DNA of 64,000 nt from Eledone cirrhosa (Eukaryota): assembly GCA_964016885.1 (NCBI GenBank), contig OZ024741.1, positions 191,456,001 to 191,520,000 on the forward strand, in the 5' to 3' direction. The translations under genes were made by a program, and so were the position numbers. The notes beneath the pieces were generated by a model. That model was not told the DNA's origin. It did no database searches and saw nothing but the letters and a program-made list of their open reading frames with translations. Below are positions 50,312-62,219 of the stretch, piece after piece (the stretch's first letter is position 1; each line of letters opens with the position of its first letter).

Positions 50312-50629
50312 AAAATGTTTATAAATATATAAAATTTATACTTTAAATATATTCTACAGATATACTCTTATGAAAGAGTTTTTTTAAGGTTTATGCTTTG
50401 GATATATTCCAATGAATGAATTTTTAAATGTTAACACGTTATAGCAAACAAATTTATGTTTTTAACAGTCATAACTGTATGACAGGTTGGAGTTATGAAT
50501 TTATAACTTGCTATAAAATAACATAAAATTCATACTCTAATTACATTATTAAGATGGATAATTAAAATTCTTTAACATCTTAACTTTATAGCATTTAATC
50601 CTTAGAGCTATCTAAATTATTAATAAATC

Positions 50630-50970
50630 GCTAGCAATTTCCTTTACGCTCCACTGCTATTACAAATAAGGGATTATTCTTCTGTAAACTCTCGGAAATT
50701 CCATGAGCTTAGAAATATTCAGATATTTCTTTTTCCTTTTTATAGATATAGAGATTTTTTTCTGTGCAAAGTCGTACCTATAGTCAGTTTTATCTATTTT
50801 TTACCTGGACAAAGGCGGAGTCGATCATTCGCAATGTCGTACCGACTTGCCCTGATAAATTTGTGGTTGATTACAAAACAACGTTTGAAAATCGGCCTTG
50901 CGGATCAAAAGTTGCTGCGGAACACACACACACACACACAGACAGACAGACATTTTAATTTTTATAGATA
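50630..50970 (-). mobile_element. Possible non-autonomous Helitron-like element
   Basis: Minus-strand start TCTATAAAAATTAAAATGTCTGTCTGTCTGTG resembles the 5' end of Helitron A. A CTAG lies at about 50631. Confidence 0.4.
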
Positions 50971-51138
50971 TATATTTATATATATATTGGGATAACAAGT
51001 TATCGTTATAGGTAATCCAGTTATAGGTTGTGAGTACTCCGTATTGTGGATAGTTTTAACGTACGCCGTTGTTTGACTCAACAAGAGGTCTCCATAGTTA
51101 GGTAGCTAGTTCGTGAGAATTCCTATGCAGTTTATTCT

Positions 51139-51319
51139 TAGTGAAATATTGAAGAATAACATGGTTGGTTGTACAAAAAGGGTTTTATTTCAGGTATTAA
51201 CAATTGTTTCATTGATCAGGTGAGTCTAAAGGCCTCACCTGATCAATGAAATAATGGTTAATACCTGAAATAAAACCCTTTTTGTACAGCCAACCATGTT
51301 ATTCTTCAATCTTTCACTA
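51139..51319. repeat. Fold-back palindrome with arms of about 86 bp and a 9-nt loop
   Basis: tagtgaaatattgaagaataacatggttgg...caggtgag-tctaaaggc-ctcacctg...ccaaccatgttattcttcaatctttcacta, about 4 mismatches. Confidence 0.95.
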
Positions 51320-51400
51320 TATATATATATAATATATATATATATAATATATATATATATATATAATATATATAATATATATAATATATATATATATATA

Positions 51401-51884
51401 AACTATAATAAAGCTAGGAGTGTGGGACTGCGTCCAGAATATTTTTTTTTCTCCCGTTTGTAAAATAAGTTGGATTACTTTGTATAAATAATGAATGAAT
51501 ATTACATAATTTATCTACTAAATTTCGTTATTCTTGATTAAATATAAATAATTTTGTTACTTATTTTAAGATTCACCTCTTTAAAATTTTCAAATGTCAA
51601 CACTTCCGGTTAGCGATCACTTAAATAAACATTCATATATTTCCGTCACTAATTTTCTCCTAATGCAGTTTATATATAATATCATCTTTTTTTAATGTAT
51701 CATGGATTACGTTATTGATTACATAAGACAGTGTAACACAGTCTTCGTTCAATTTCTGTGTATATTGTCAATTACGATGTTATTTGATGTATCATATCTA
51801 CATGCATATATACTTGCGTATAATATCAATATGCACACTACACATGCTAGCAGAAAACCACCCGAAGCGTGGATTTTCTGCTAG
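51401..51884 (+). mobile_element. Non-autonomous Helitron-like element within (TA)n
   Basis: 3' hairpin ctagcagaaaaccac-ccgaagc-gtggattttctgctag ends in CTAG|T. The 5' end is obscured by (TA)n. Confidence 0.55.
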
Positions 51885-52146
<262 letters not shown>

Positions 52147-52357
52147 TTATTTATTAAAATAACAGATTAAAGTTTAAGCAAAGAATCGCTGCTTTCACCC
52201 TTAACAGGATCTTCTGAAACTAAAAAAAACAATCTGTGAATGCAGAAGTAAATATTTCGAAAAACGTTGCAACCGAAGACAGGAAGACAATACTATGGTT
52301 CGTGGAAACGTTCCCTGGCAAAGAACGGACAAAACGAAGATAAAATATATATATATA

Positions 52358-52950
52358 TCATCATCATCATCATCATCGTTTAACGTCCATCTTCCACGCT
52401 AGCATGGGTTTGGACGGGAATTTACCCACTTGAGGCAAGATTGGTTGTCTTGCTCATATAGGACTGTCTGGCAGGTTTTCTACGGCTGGATGCTCTTCCT
52501 AACTCCAACCACGTTTACAGTGAGGACTGGGAGGTTTTTACCGTGTTACCTACACGGCCACATTACAGCGTGGACTGTGTGTTTTTTTTTTTTGTCGTGA
52601 CACCTATACGACCTCATTTATTTAGGACTGGATGTTGTGGTACCAACATAACTTTACATCGAGAGGGGTGGATGGGGTGGGGGTAGTGGGACGGGGGGTA
52701 TATTTTGGTAAGAGGTGCCTACTGACTGTAGGTTTCGCTTTGCACTTAGGCAAGGCGGGTCTTCTGTATTACTGCGTAGCGCCAAAGATCTCGGTCCAGT
52801 GACATTGTCTTGGAGAGGTGTAAGTGTGTGAGGTCAGAATTTATCAAGTCGTCCCAAATCTTTCTGGGTCTGCCTACTCCGTGGCTACCGTCTATTTTTA
52901 TCGCCCTGCACTTTTTTATACAGCTGTCGTCTTTCATGCGCATCACGTGA
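52358..52950 (-). mobile_element. RTE family B 3' end with full 3' UTR and (GAT)n tail
   Basis: ORF 52746-52946 is nearly identical to the C-terminus of 12012-14015. The same extreme tail recurs at about 58502-58537 on the + strand. Confidence 0.9.
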
Positions 52951-52986
52951 TATATATATATAATATATATTATATATATATATATA

Positions 52987-54005
52987 TCATCATCATCATC
53001 ATTTTACGTCCGTTTTTCCCTGCTTGCAAGGGTGGGACGGGTCTTATTCAGCACACCATCTCTCCACTTGTCACGGTCCTTCATCATATCCACCGTGAGC
53101 TTCAGCGTTCTGAGGTCTGTTCTCACCACCTCCGCCCATGTTTTTCGTGGTCTACCTCTACCACGTCTTCCTTCAACTGGCATTTCCTGGCACTTCTTCA
53201 CCCATCGGTCATTCTCCATGCGCATCACATGTCCATACCACCTCAGTCTCCTCACTCACACACTACATTCTATCCCTCTCAGACACAGTTTATCTCTCAA
53301 CACATTCATGCTGGGTCGTTCACGCACATTGACATTGCACATCCAACGGAGCATGCTTGCTTCATTTCTCTCCAGCTGTCGCATATCCTCTGCAGTTGTT
53401 GCCCATGTCTCACTACCATGCAGCATCGCGCATCTCACACAGGCATTATATAACCAGCCTTTCGTACGCAGGGAGAAACCCTTCTTCGTCAGCAGAGGAA
53501 GCAGATCCCTAAACTTCTTCCAACCCGTCCTTATTCTAGATACTATGGCCTCGGAACACCCCCCTCTCATGCTAATCTGATCTCCTAGGTACCGGAAGCT
53601 ATCCACCACTTCTATAGCACCCGCTTGCATTTGAAAAATATGTCTATCAATGCAACTTCTACTGTCTAATTTCCCTGTACATCTACTGCATACGTATTTC
53701 TCCCTACCTGTTAGTTTACCTACTATCCCACTACATCTCTTGTGTACCCAGGACCTGCATTGTGTGCATTTTATAGAATTTATGCCAGTTCCTTTTCTGC
53801 ATATCAAACATGGCCATTTCCCTGACGGAATCAGAGTTTTGTCCTCTTTTCTACTCATCAACACTTTTGTCTTAGCTAGGTTCACTCTCAGTCCTCTTGC
53901 TTCCAACTGCTGTTTCCATAGTCAGAATTTATTCTCTAGCTCCTCTACTGATTCTGCTATAAGAACCAGATCATCAGCATAGAGAAGTTCCCATGGACAG
54001 CCAGT

Positions 54006-54008
<3 letters not shown>
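52987..54008 (-). mobile_element. RTE family A, 5'-truncated copy in (TA)n
   Basis: WELLYADD, C4HC3 finger, FRYLG, RLRWYGHV, (GAT)n tail. Confidence 0.92.
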
Positions 54009-54083
<75 letters not shown>

Positions 54084-54394
54084 ACATATATATATATACA
54101 TATACACACATATGTAACCATAGATGCATTGCTAAAGAAAAATTGGATAGCCGGCCAAAGAACTTACGTAGATGGTAACATTTTTCATCTTACTAGATGC
54201 AAAAATACGACAAATTTTCATATCTTCAAAGATATAGTAAGAAATGCCCTAAAAGTCAAAGTGTATGATAAAGTTAAATCGATATCAATACAGTGTGTAA
54301 CCAAGACTGCACTGTGCTTAAACATATACATATATCTAATATGTAGGTATGCAAACATATTAGTTTCTCTGTAAATTGAAAAAATGCTAAACAT

Positions 54395-54440
54395 CTTTAA
54401 TTGATTTTCGGATCTAATTGGGCCCTCATCATGAAACATA
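54395..54440 (-). ncRNA. Degenerate hammerhead-like motif
   Basis: Minus strand reads GUUUC-AUGAUGA-GGGCCCAAUUAGAUCC-GAAA-AUCAAU-UA-AAGAU. C3 is mutated and stem II is imperfect. Confidence 0.35.
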
Positions 54441-54571
54441 TATTATCCAACGAAACATGTATTTTATGAGTATATAATTGTTTTTAGTATTATTTTGAAT
54501 TGAACCTACTATACATATATATATGTGTGTGTTAAGTATTTCTGAAGAGTGCTCTATGTATAGTACAGAGC

Positions 54572-54797
54572 TATTTAATTATGTAATAAACAAGACAATA
54601 CAATTATTCCATTACCAAAGGTTTCAGGAAACTAGATGATCCTTACAGAAACGTCCAGCTCATTTATAGAATGAAATAGTTATATATAGTTAAATAGCTA
54701 TTTCATGAGCTGGACGTTTCTGTAAGGATCGTCTAGTTTCCTGAAACCTTTGGTAATGAAATAATTATATTGTGCTGTTTATTATCTAATTTAAATA
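54572..54797. repeat. Fold-back palindrome carrying a core-deleted hammerhead
   Basis: Arms of about 100 bp (cattaccaaaggtttcaggaaactagatgatccttacagaaacgtccagctcat and its reverse complement). The left arm has a 9-nt insertion. Confidence 0.9.
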
Positions 54798-54814
54798 TAT
54801 ATATATATATATAT

Positions 54815-55164
54815 GATATTAAACAAATGGAAACTATATTTATAAAACCATATTTATTTCATTATACATATTTCGGGGATACCATATTAAAAATATGGCA
54901 TGCCTTCTTCAGATAAAATACAATATATAAGCAGTTTTATAAATAATTTTGACGTACCATAAATATTGACCAACCATTATGTAAAACCAGCTTTTTACAT
55001 AACGGTTGGTCAATATTTATGGTACGTCAAAATTATTTATAAAACTGCTTATATATTGTATTTTATCTGAAGAAGGCATGCCATATTTTTAATATGGTAT
55101 CCCCGAAATATGTATAATGAAATAAATATGGTTTTATAAATATAGTTTCCATTTGTTTAATATC
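54815..55164. repeat. Near-perfect fold-back palindrome with 172-bp arms and a 6-nt loop
   Basis: Arms at 54815-54986 and 54993-55164. I saw one mismatch, near the loop. Confidence 0.97.
55059..55124 (+). ncRNA. Type I hammerhead ribozyme motif (mirror copy on the minus strand at 54855-54920)
   Basis: UAUUUUAU-CUGAAGA-[AGGCAUGCCAUAUU-UUU-AAUAUGGUAUCCCC]-GAAA-UAUGUA-UA|AUGAAAUA. It has an 8-bp stem I, an intact core, a long stem II with two mismatches, a self-complementary stem III and an AUA triplet. Confidence 0.65.
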
Positions 55165-55323
55165 GTATATCTACTCCAAAACTTGTTGAGTGCTTTATAT
55201 CAGTTATAAAATATTTACTTGTTGTAACCCAACAATTTTATATAAAACTTTTGCATATATATATATATATATATAATGTGACAATCAACTATCTGCATGT
55301 TTGTATCTGTACTCTATCTACAG

Positions 55324-55475
55324 AAGTAGAATACAAAGTTAAAGTGGTGACAGGTGATGTATTTGGTGCTGGCACTGATGCTAATGTCTTCCTCACCATA
55401 TATGGAGAACATGGTGATACCTCAGTGAGGAACTTATCAAAATCTCAGAATATGAATAAATTTGAGAGAAACCAG
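55324..55475 (+). CDS. LOXHD1: Exon of the LOXHD1-like gene (start of the next PLAT domain)
   Basis: ctacag|AA GTA...CAG|gtaaat encodes EVEYKVKVVTGDVFGAGTDANVFLTIYGEHGDTSVRNLSKSQNMNKFERNQ, the canonical PLAT Y-x-V..TG..GAGTDANV..G..GD...FER pattern. Confidence 0.93.
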
Positions 55476-56511
55476 GTAAATGAAGCTCATTTTAATATTT
55501 CATGCCTTCATTATAACTTAAGTATTTGTATTTAAACTATATATGATATACAGTTTGTGTATATACACTCATACACCATTATCATCATTTTTTTTAAATA
55601 TCTACTCTCCATGATGGTATCATTCGAATGTGTTGTTGTGGTCAGTTCTTAATCTGACTCACTTCCCTTCTAGAAGGTTTGGAGAACCACCTCTAATGTG
55701 TACATCCCATTTTTGGAATGGTTTCTATAGCTTGATACTCCCTTAACACTAACCACTATACAGAGTGTACTGGGTGCTTTTATTTTATGGCACCAACACT
55801 AGAAATTATGTTTTGTCCTCGGCAAGGCTAAAGAGCACTTTCTACTCTGTTGTTTTACACCTATAGACAGACATGTATATATCTGTATATATACATGTGT
55901 GTGCATGTGCATGCATGTGCGTGTGTATACACATGTATGTGTGTGTATGCACATGTATATGTGTGTCTGAGAGAGAGAGAGATGGTTCATTCTTCAATAT
56001 GAACCCTTTCATGAATGTTTCTAATGATATGCACTTTATTTCAACTAATTTTGAGAGATTTGCTAAAAGTTTAAATTATTTCATTATTAAGATAGTAACT
56101 TTATACATGATTCTTATATAAAATTATGCTAGAGGATTTTAATTTAAATTGGAACCCTTTAAAATAGGTGGTTTTGTTTCAAAGAACCAAAGCCAGTTTT
56201 GGGTGGGTTGGTATTGAAAGGTTAAACTTGTTTTTAGTTTGTTTCTATATTACTGTTTTAGTGTTAAAAAGTATCTGGTTGCTGCTTAACCTATGTTCTA
56301 CCCTGAAAAAGATTTATGATCAAAGACATTTCAACCATGACCATCCCATTTTATATTCAAACATAGTGTTGCTAGTACTATTTATTCAATGTCAACTTTT
56401 CTTATTTAACCATTTTGATAACAATACATCAAAAAGTGCCCTGGGTTCTATGATACAAAATGGTTTGTTTTAAAGTGTATATATAAAAGTACCCTGTCAT
56501 GATGAAATACT

Positions 56512-56926
56512 CCCAGCACATGCTGTGAAGTGGTTGGCATTAGGAAGGGCATCCTGCAGGAAAAACTGTGCTCCTAGTACATGCTGTAATGTGGTTATTG
56601 TTAAGAAGACCATCCAGCTGTAGAAACCATGCTCCTGGTACATACTGTAAAGTGGTTGGTGTTAAGAAGGGCATTTAGCTGTAGAAACCATGCTTCCAGT
56701 ACACACTATAAATTGGTTGGTATAGGGAAAACTGGTATAGGGAAAACTGAAGAAACCATACCCACAGTACATGCTGTAAAGTGATTGATGTTAGGAAGGG
56801 CATCCAACTGCAAAAACCAAGACAAAATAAAGTGTTCAAGTAGAACCTAGAGTATCTGACCAGTATGGATCAGCCGTGTAACCCATACAAGCATGGAAAA
56901 TAGGCATTAAACAGTGATGAAGATGA
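56512..56926 (+). repeat. Five diverged tandem copies (about 61 bp) of an RTE 3'-UTR segment, followed by an RTE-type tail
   Basis: The unit cccagtacatgctgtaaagtggttggtgttaggaagggcatccagctgtagaaaccat is the reverse complement of motifs at 36150-36200 and 52476-52530. The tail is gcatggaaaa..ttaaac..gatga. Confidence 0.7.
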
Positions 56927-57254
56927 TTTGGCTAAAAGCCTTCTATTATCATTTTATATGAGAAACATTGTTAAGTTCTGCTCCAAACACAAGATAACTA
57001 ATCAGAAAGTTAGTTATATAATTAAATCCTTTTGATTAAAACTAATCGGCAGTGACTTTCATGAGTAACATAGTAACAAAGAGGTTAAGACAGCATGCCG
57101 TGATTAAGAGGAGATTTTACTGCTTTTTCTTGAAGAGTAAACAATCACATAAAGTTCTTATGGGGGTCATGTATTAGCAGAATGGTGAGTAATTTCTAAA
57201 CGCTATCATGTGGAAATGGGTTTTATTTCAATATTGATAAAATATTGTTGACAG

Positions 57255-57385
57255 GAAGACATCTTTACATTGACTGCCATTGATCTAGGAAAATTGAGGA
57301 AAGTCAAAATCTCTCATGACAATGCTGGGGGTAATGCTGCCTGGTTTCTGAACTATGTTGAGGTTACAGACTCTAAGAACCAACA
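57255..57385 (+). CDS. LOXHD1: Exon of the LOXHD1-like gene (PLAT domain continued)
   Basis: gacag|GAA...CA|gtaagt encodes EDIFTLTAIDLGKLRKVKISHDNAGGNAAWFLNYVEVTDSKNQ. Phase 0 in, phase 2 out. Confidence 0.93.
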
Positions 57386-57423
57386 GTAAGTATCATACAT
57401 ATACATACACTTGTGTGTATGTA

Positions 57424-58488
57424 TCTATATATATAAAGCTGTATTTCCTGTCTGTTTGTTTGTTTGTTTGTTTGTTCACAAACTCCTCCTATGGTTTTGG
57501 AGATAGACCCCATAACCATATATATTCTGAAACTACATTGCCCAGGGTACTTGGATAAGTATATTTCATTTTAATCAAAGGGTTCCCCGGGGGCACAAAG
57601 CCCCGTTGAAAATGTTTACCCTTCAATTTATATGAAATTTAAACTGTAGTTCCTGTCTGTCTGTTTGTTTGTTTCGTGAACAAACAAACTTTCTATATAT
57701 ATATAAAGTTGTAGTTCCTGTCTGTTTGTTTGTTTGTTTGTTCACGAACTCCTCCTATTGTTTTGGAGATAGACCCCCATAACCATATATATTCTGAAAC
57801 TACATTTCCCAGGGTACTTGGATAAGTATATTTCATTTTAATCAAACTCCCGCTGAAAATGTTTTCCCTTCAATTTATATGAAATTTAAACCATAGGTAA
57901 ATAACAAGATATGATGCCTATTCACAAAATTTTAGCAAATTTCAATAATACTAAGACACCCTAATGGGGTTAAACCCCTATAGTGAAAATTGTTAAAGCC
58001 CAAATAAAATAATGCTTTACACAAAAATGAAATGATCAAGTTTTGAATTGATATTTTGAAAAAAGTTATTTACAAGAAACAAAATAAGAATGAGATTTAA
58101 TAATGTAATTTTGATTTGATATATTACAAAAAATAATTATTTCTACTTTTGGCACAAGGCCAGCAATTACTCAATGTATTACTGGTACTTTATTTTATCG
58201 ACCCCGTAAGGATGAAAGGCAAAGTTAACCTCGGCGGGATTTGAACTCAGAATGGAAAGGGCGGTAACTCTTTGTGTCAAAGCATTGCGTCCGACCCTCT
58301 ACCGATACTGCCAATCCACCGCCTTCAAAAAATAATGTTTTCCAATTTTCCATGCATTACATTTTACATTGAGTAATATTGAAATGCAGCGTTTTTCTCC
58401 ATAAATTATATCACTGATTTAAAATCAATCATCATTTTCTTACAAAAAAAGTGTGTGAAACGCAGCAAGGTGCGGGTAATTCGGCTAG
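57424..58488 (+). mobile_element. Non-autonomous Helitron with a duplicated 5' segment and a SINE insertion
   Basis: A|TCTATATATATAAAGC...(GTTT)n at the start. Subterminal hairpin cgca-gcaagg-tgcg at 58461-58474, then CTAG|T. The 5' segment repeats from about 57691. Confidence 0.8.
58133..58325 (-). mobile_element. SINE family A
   Basis: Full reverse-complement copy flanked by caaaaaataat on both sides. Confidence 0.88.
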
Positions 58489-58959
58489 TATATATATATA
58501 GGGTAGCGTGGAAGATGGACGTTAAACGATGATGATGGTATCTGTGTAATGTTGATGGATGCGAGAATTATATATATATTTATGTGTGTGTGTGTTTGGA
58601 AAATGTGGAAAGTCTTAAATGCAGGAAATAACTCTGCACACAGTTGATTGCTATAAATAATAGCTTAGAAAATTGGGTAAAACACCTCTATAGACAGAAA
58701 ATGTGGCCATCAACTGCTACAGAGAAGCGAACTCTGTTCCTCTCAAATTCCATCTGAGCACTCTGTACTGTTAAGATAAACAGCCTCTGATTGCATTTAC
58801 CATCTAAATAGAAGTTAAATAATCAACTTTTTAAATGTGATGGCATTTGTAAATATACATTGAAGTGTTGAGTATGTCAAAATGTTTAGAAAATATATGA
58901 AATAACTGTTAATACAGTTGAATGCTAAAAATAATAGCTTAGAAAATTGAATAAAACAA

Positions 58960-59180
58960 CCTATATGTAAGAAAAGACAAGGTAAAAATCATAGAACAAT
59001 ACAATGATATGTATTAGTTTAGTGTTGTTATTAGTACGAAAAAAGTTTTAATGTTTCAAATGTTAGTTCTTCATCAGAAGACAGACTGAGAAAGAGAAGA
59101 GAAGTTACTTTGGTGAGAGAAGAAAAAATAGGAAGATAGATGAGTGTAAGAAAAGAAAGAAAATAGAAAAAAATTAGACA
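58960..59180 (-). mobile_element. Solo PLE terminal-repeat remnant with a hammerhead motif (59045-59082)
   Basis: Minus strand reads GUCUU-CUGAUGA-AGAACUAACAUUU-GAAA-CAU-UA-AAAC. The context resembles the PLE end at 36810-36930. Confidence 0.5.
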
Positions 59181-59319
59181 TGATAAAAGCATGTGTTCAA
59201 GAACACAATTTACTACTGGGAGTTAAACTCATGACCTCACAATAATGAACTGAACAACCTTCACATACATACATACATAGATACATACATACATGTATAT
59301 ATACATATATATATATAAG

Positions 59320-59475
59320 GCAAATTGGCAGAGTTGTTAAGACGTCGGATAGAATGCTTTACAGTATTCGTCCAACCTCTTTGCATGCTCTGAGTTCAAA
59401 TCCTGCTGTGGTTAACTTTACCTTTCATCCTTTCGAGGTTGATAAAAAAAGTACCAGTCCAGTACTGGGGTTGAT
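59320..59475 (+). mobile_element. SINE related to family A (older subfamily; similar remnant at 35190-35305)
   Basis: ttggcagagttgttaagacgtcgga...gagttcaaatcc...aactttacctttcatcctttcgaggttgataaa..gtaccag. Confidence 0.7.
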
Positions 59476-59499
59476 TCTTCCTCTATAGAAAAAGTCAGC

Positions 59500-60260
59500 T
59501 GTGTTCAGACCTAGAGAGGGTTGGGCTCCATCAGGTTTAAATGTGCCCTAGACACGCCATTTGATAGTGTTTCTACAACTCCACAAGGAGTTGTGGGATC
59601 TTTATCCTTTATCCTTTGTATATATGTATGCATACATACATGCATATATACATACATATGGTGGTCGCAACTCTATTTAGAGCATTGTCATTGCTTTACA
59701 TTCCTCTTAAGCATGAGCTTCTGCATGGACATGGCGTTTTAGTCCCTCTGAGGACCCATACACCTTTGTACAGATGTAGCAATGATGGGGGTCTCTCACA
59801 GTAGATGTTAGGGTTCTGCTTTGGTGCACTTTCATATGATGATTCAGTTCACCTATTGAAGCACAATCTTTTCCATACTCCTTATAAATAGTGATGCTGT
59901 ACAATGCGTAATTGACAGGGTCTTTGTGCATGTGGCTTCTTTGATGACTTCTAAAGCTTGCCTTACTTAGACATAGCCAGCCCCATTCTTTACAAGTTAT
60001 ATCGACTGCAGGCCAAGATGCTCAGGCAACTTACCTTAAGGCCCTTCAGAGACATCAGTTGAGTTGTTCATGCTCAACACAATTTCTTCCAAATTCTCTC
60101 CACCCATTGTGCACTGCTTTCCTCCAGGAAAGATGATCTAGAGCAACATCCTTCAAGCCATTCTCCGATATTTTCATCTTCTACAGTGTGCATCTAATGC
60201 AATCCTTGTACCTCAATTTTGGTTTGTGCACTAGTCATTTACCTTCGACTAACCCACTGA
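59500..60260 (-). mobile_element. RTE/BovB-like LINE 3' fragment with C2H2-like fingers
   Basis: Minus strand reads KPKLRYKDCIRCTL..ALDHLSWRKA, then G..HMKVH and CYICTKVY..GLKRH motifs. Confidence 0.55.
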
Positions 60261-60329
60261 CCATCCATCCATCCATCCACCTACCTACCTACCTGCCTAC
60301 TCAAGAAATGTGGAGGATGCATCATTAGC

Positions 60330-62100
60330 TCACAGAAGGACAGAAATACGAACTTAACCCATAATTTCTTTGTGGATGACCTGAAACTCTATGCCAAGAA
60401 CATAAATGGGATGAAGAAAAATCTTGACCTGGTTACAACATTCTCAAAGGATATAGGAATGGAGTTTGACCAAGATAAATGTTCATATATGATTGTAAAG
60501 CAGGGAAAAACTACAACCCAATCTAGCAACATTGTCACCAATGTTTGGAATACTCAATTGGACAATAGACAAAATCAGAGCAATTGATCCTAAACAACAC
60601 AGGAAACTTCCATATCAACAGTGACATAGACCGCTTCTACTTGAAACGTAAGCAGGGAGGCAGAGGGCTAACATCAGTCCAGACAGCATTTGAATGTTGC
60701 ATCATATCCCCCCATTAACATTTACAAACCTCCAGACATAGGAGCCCATCTACTGAGCAAGTCTATCTGCATGAGACAGATACAATTATGAGAGTTGGGA
60801 AAAAACTCTTTTAAAGATACTCCCTGCATGATAATAAAAAAACTCACACCCAGGGAAATTGCCCAGCAATATCACATCGAATCCATGAATGAAAAACTGC
60901 ATGCTTATCAGCAAAACGTCATGCATGGATATGTTGCCAGGAAGATAAGCAAAGTAGTCTATCTTGGACCAACAACCGCTATATTGGCTCCCACTTTGAA
61001 GGATATGCTTTTGCAATCCAAGAACAGGAAATCAACACAAAATACCAGATTCATAAAAGAGATAGGGATGCAGGCAAAACACCTAGATGTGACAACAAAT
61101 GCAGACTCTGCAGAATTAATATCAAAGATGTCACCCATCTCATATGCAGCTGTCCAAAGATGTCATCACGGTACTATCTACCTATGAGGCATGATGTAGT
61201 GACCAAAATACTGTACAATGCAATCTGTAGAAAAGATAGACTCGATAATAAACACATTAAAAGTTACAGCAATATGGAAGACATATACATACATAATATG
61301 AAATAGTGGAATGTTCCAGTCAAAACCCCAATAAAATGCAAACATAACCGACCAGATATAATGATATGGGACAGGAAAAAGAAGGAATGCACAGTGGTGG
61401 AAGTCAGCTGCCCAGCAGATGCCAATATAATATTAAGGATCAGCGAAAAGGAGAATATCTATGCAGACCTAATGAAAAATCTACCGATACTCCACCCTGA
61501 CTATGTCTTCATATTTATACCTGTGATTATTTGAGCACTGGGATATATTACTAACTGCCTCAATACAAATCTTGAGAAACTGGGCTTCACAGAAACAGAC
61601 AGAATACAACTAGTTAGGAAGTTACAAGTACAATCCATTTATGGAACAGTAAAAAATGTAAAACATTCCAAAAATTCTGCTTCTAATAACTCCATATACA
61701 CATGTACACATATATCCACACATACATTAACATCCATACCTGCACACACATGCATGCAGACATGCAGACATATCTGCCTAGTTGATGTTTAATGAGAGAG
61801 TCTTGTATCTATGTTAGAAACCGACTCTCTATTGGAAAAATTTATAAAATTATAAAAGCAGAAGAACATACATACAACTCAAAACATACACATCCACACA
61901 TACAATATCATCCATACCTGCACACACATGCATGCATGCAGACATGCATATATATCTGCCTAGTTGATGTTGTGTAAATTCCAATGAGAGAGTCTTGTAA
62001 CTATATTAGAAACCGACTCTCTCTCTACTGGCAAAAATTTGTGAAATTATAAAACCAGAAGAACATACATACATACATACACACATACATACACACATAC
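60330..62100 (+). mobile_element. Dong/R4-type LINE 3' half with a duplicated 3' UTR
   Basis: FFVDDLKLYAK, DIGMEF, DRFYLKRKQGGRGL, CRLCRINIKDVTHLICSC, KHNRPDIMIWD..VEVSCPAD. A segment of about 180 bp is repeated at 61730-62080. Confidence 0.85.
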
Positions 62101-62186
62101 ATAGATACATACATATTGGCTGCCCCCTCATTATCGCGTATGGCCATTGCAGGAAAAAAAACAAAAAACATAACAACAGTAATGAC

Positions 62187-62214
<28 letters not shown>

Positions 62215-62219
<5 letters not shown>

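Noticed and set aside
55251-55535. 94-aa ORF as a standalone gene
   Set aside because: Only 55324-55475 is PLAT-like and bounded by splice sites. The rest is intron and (TA)n.
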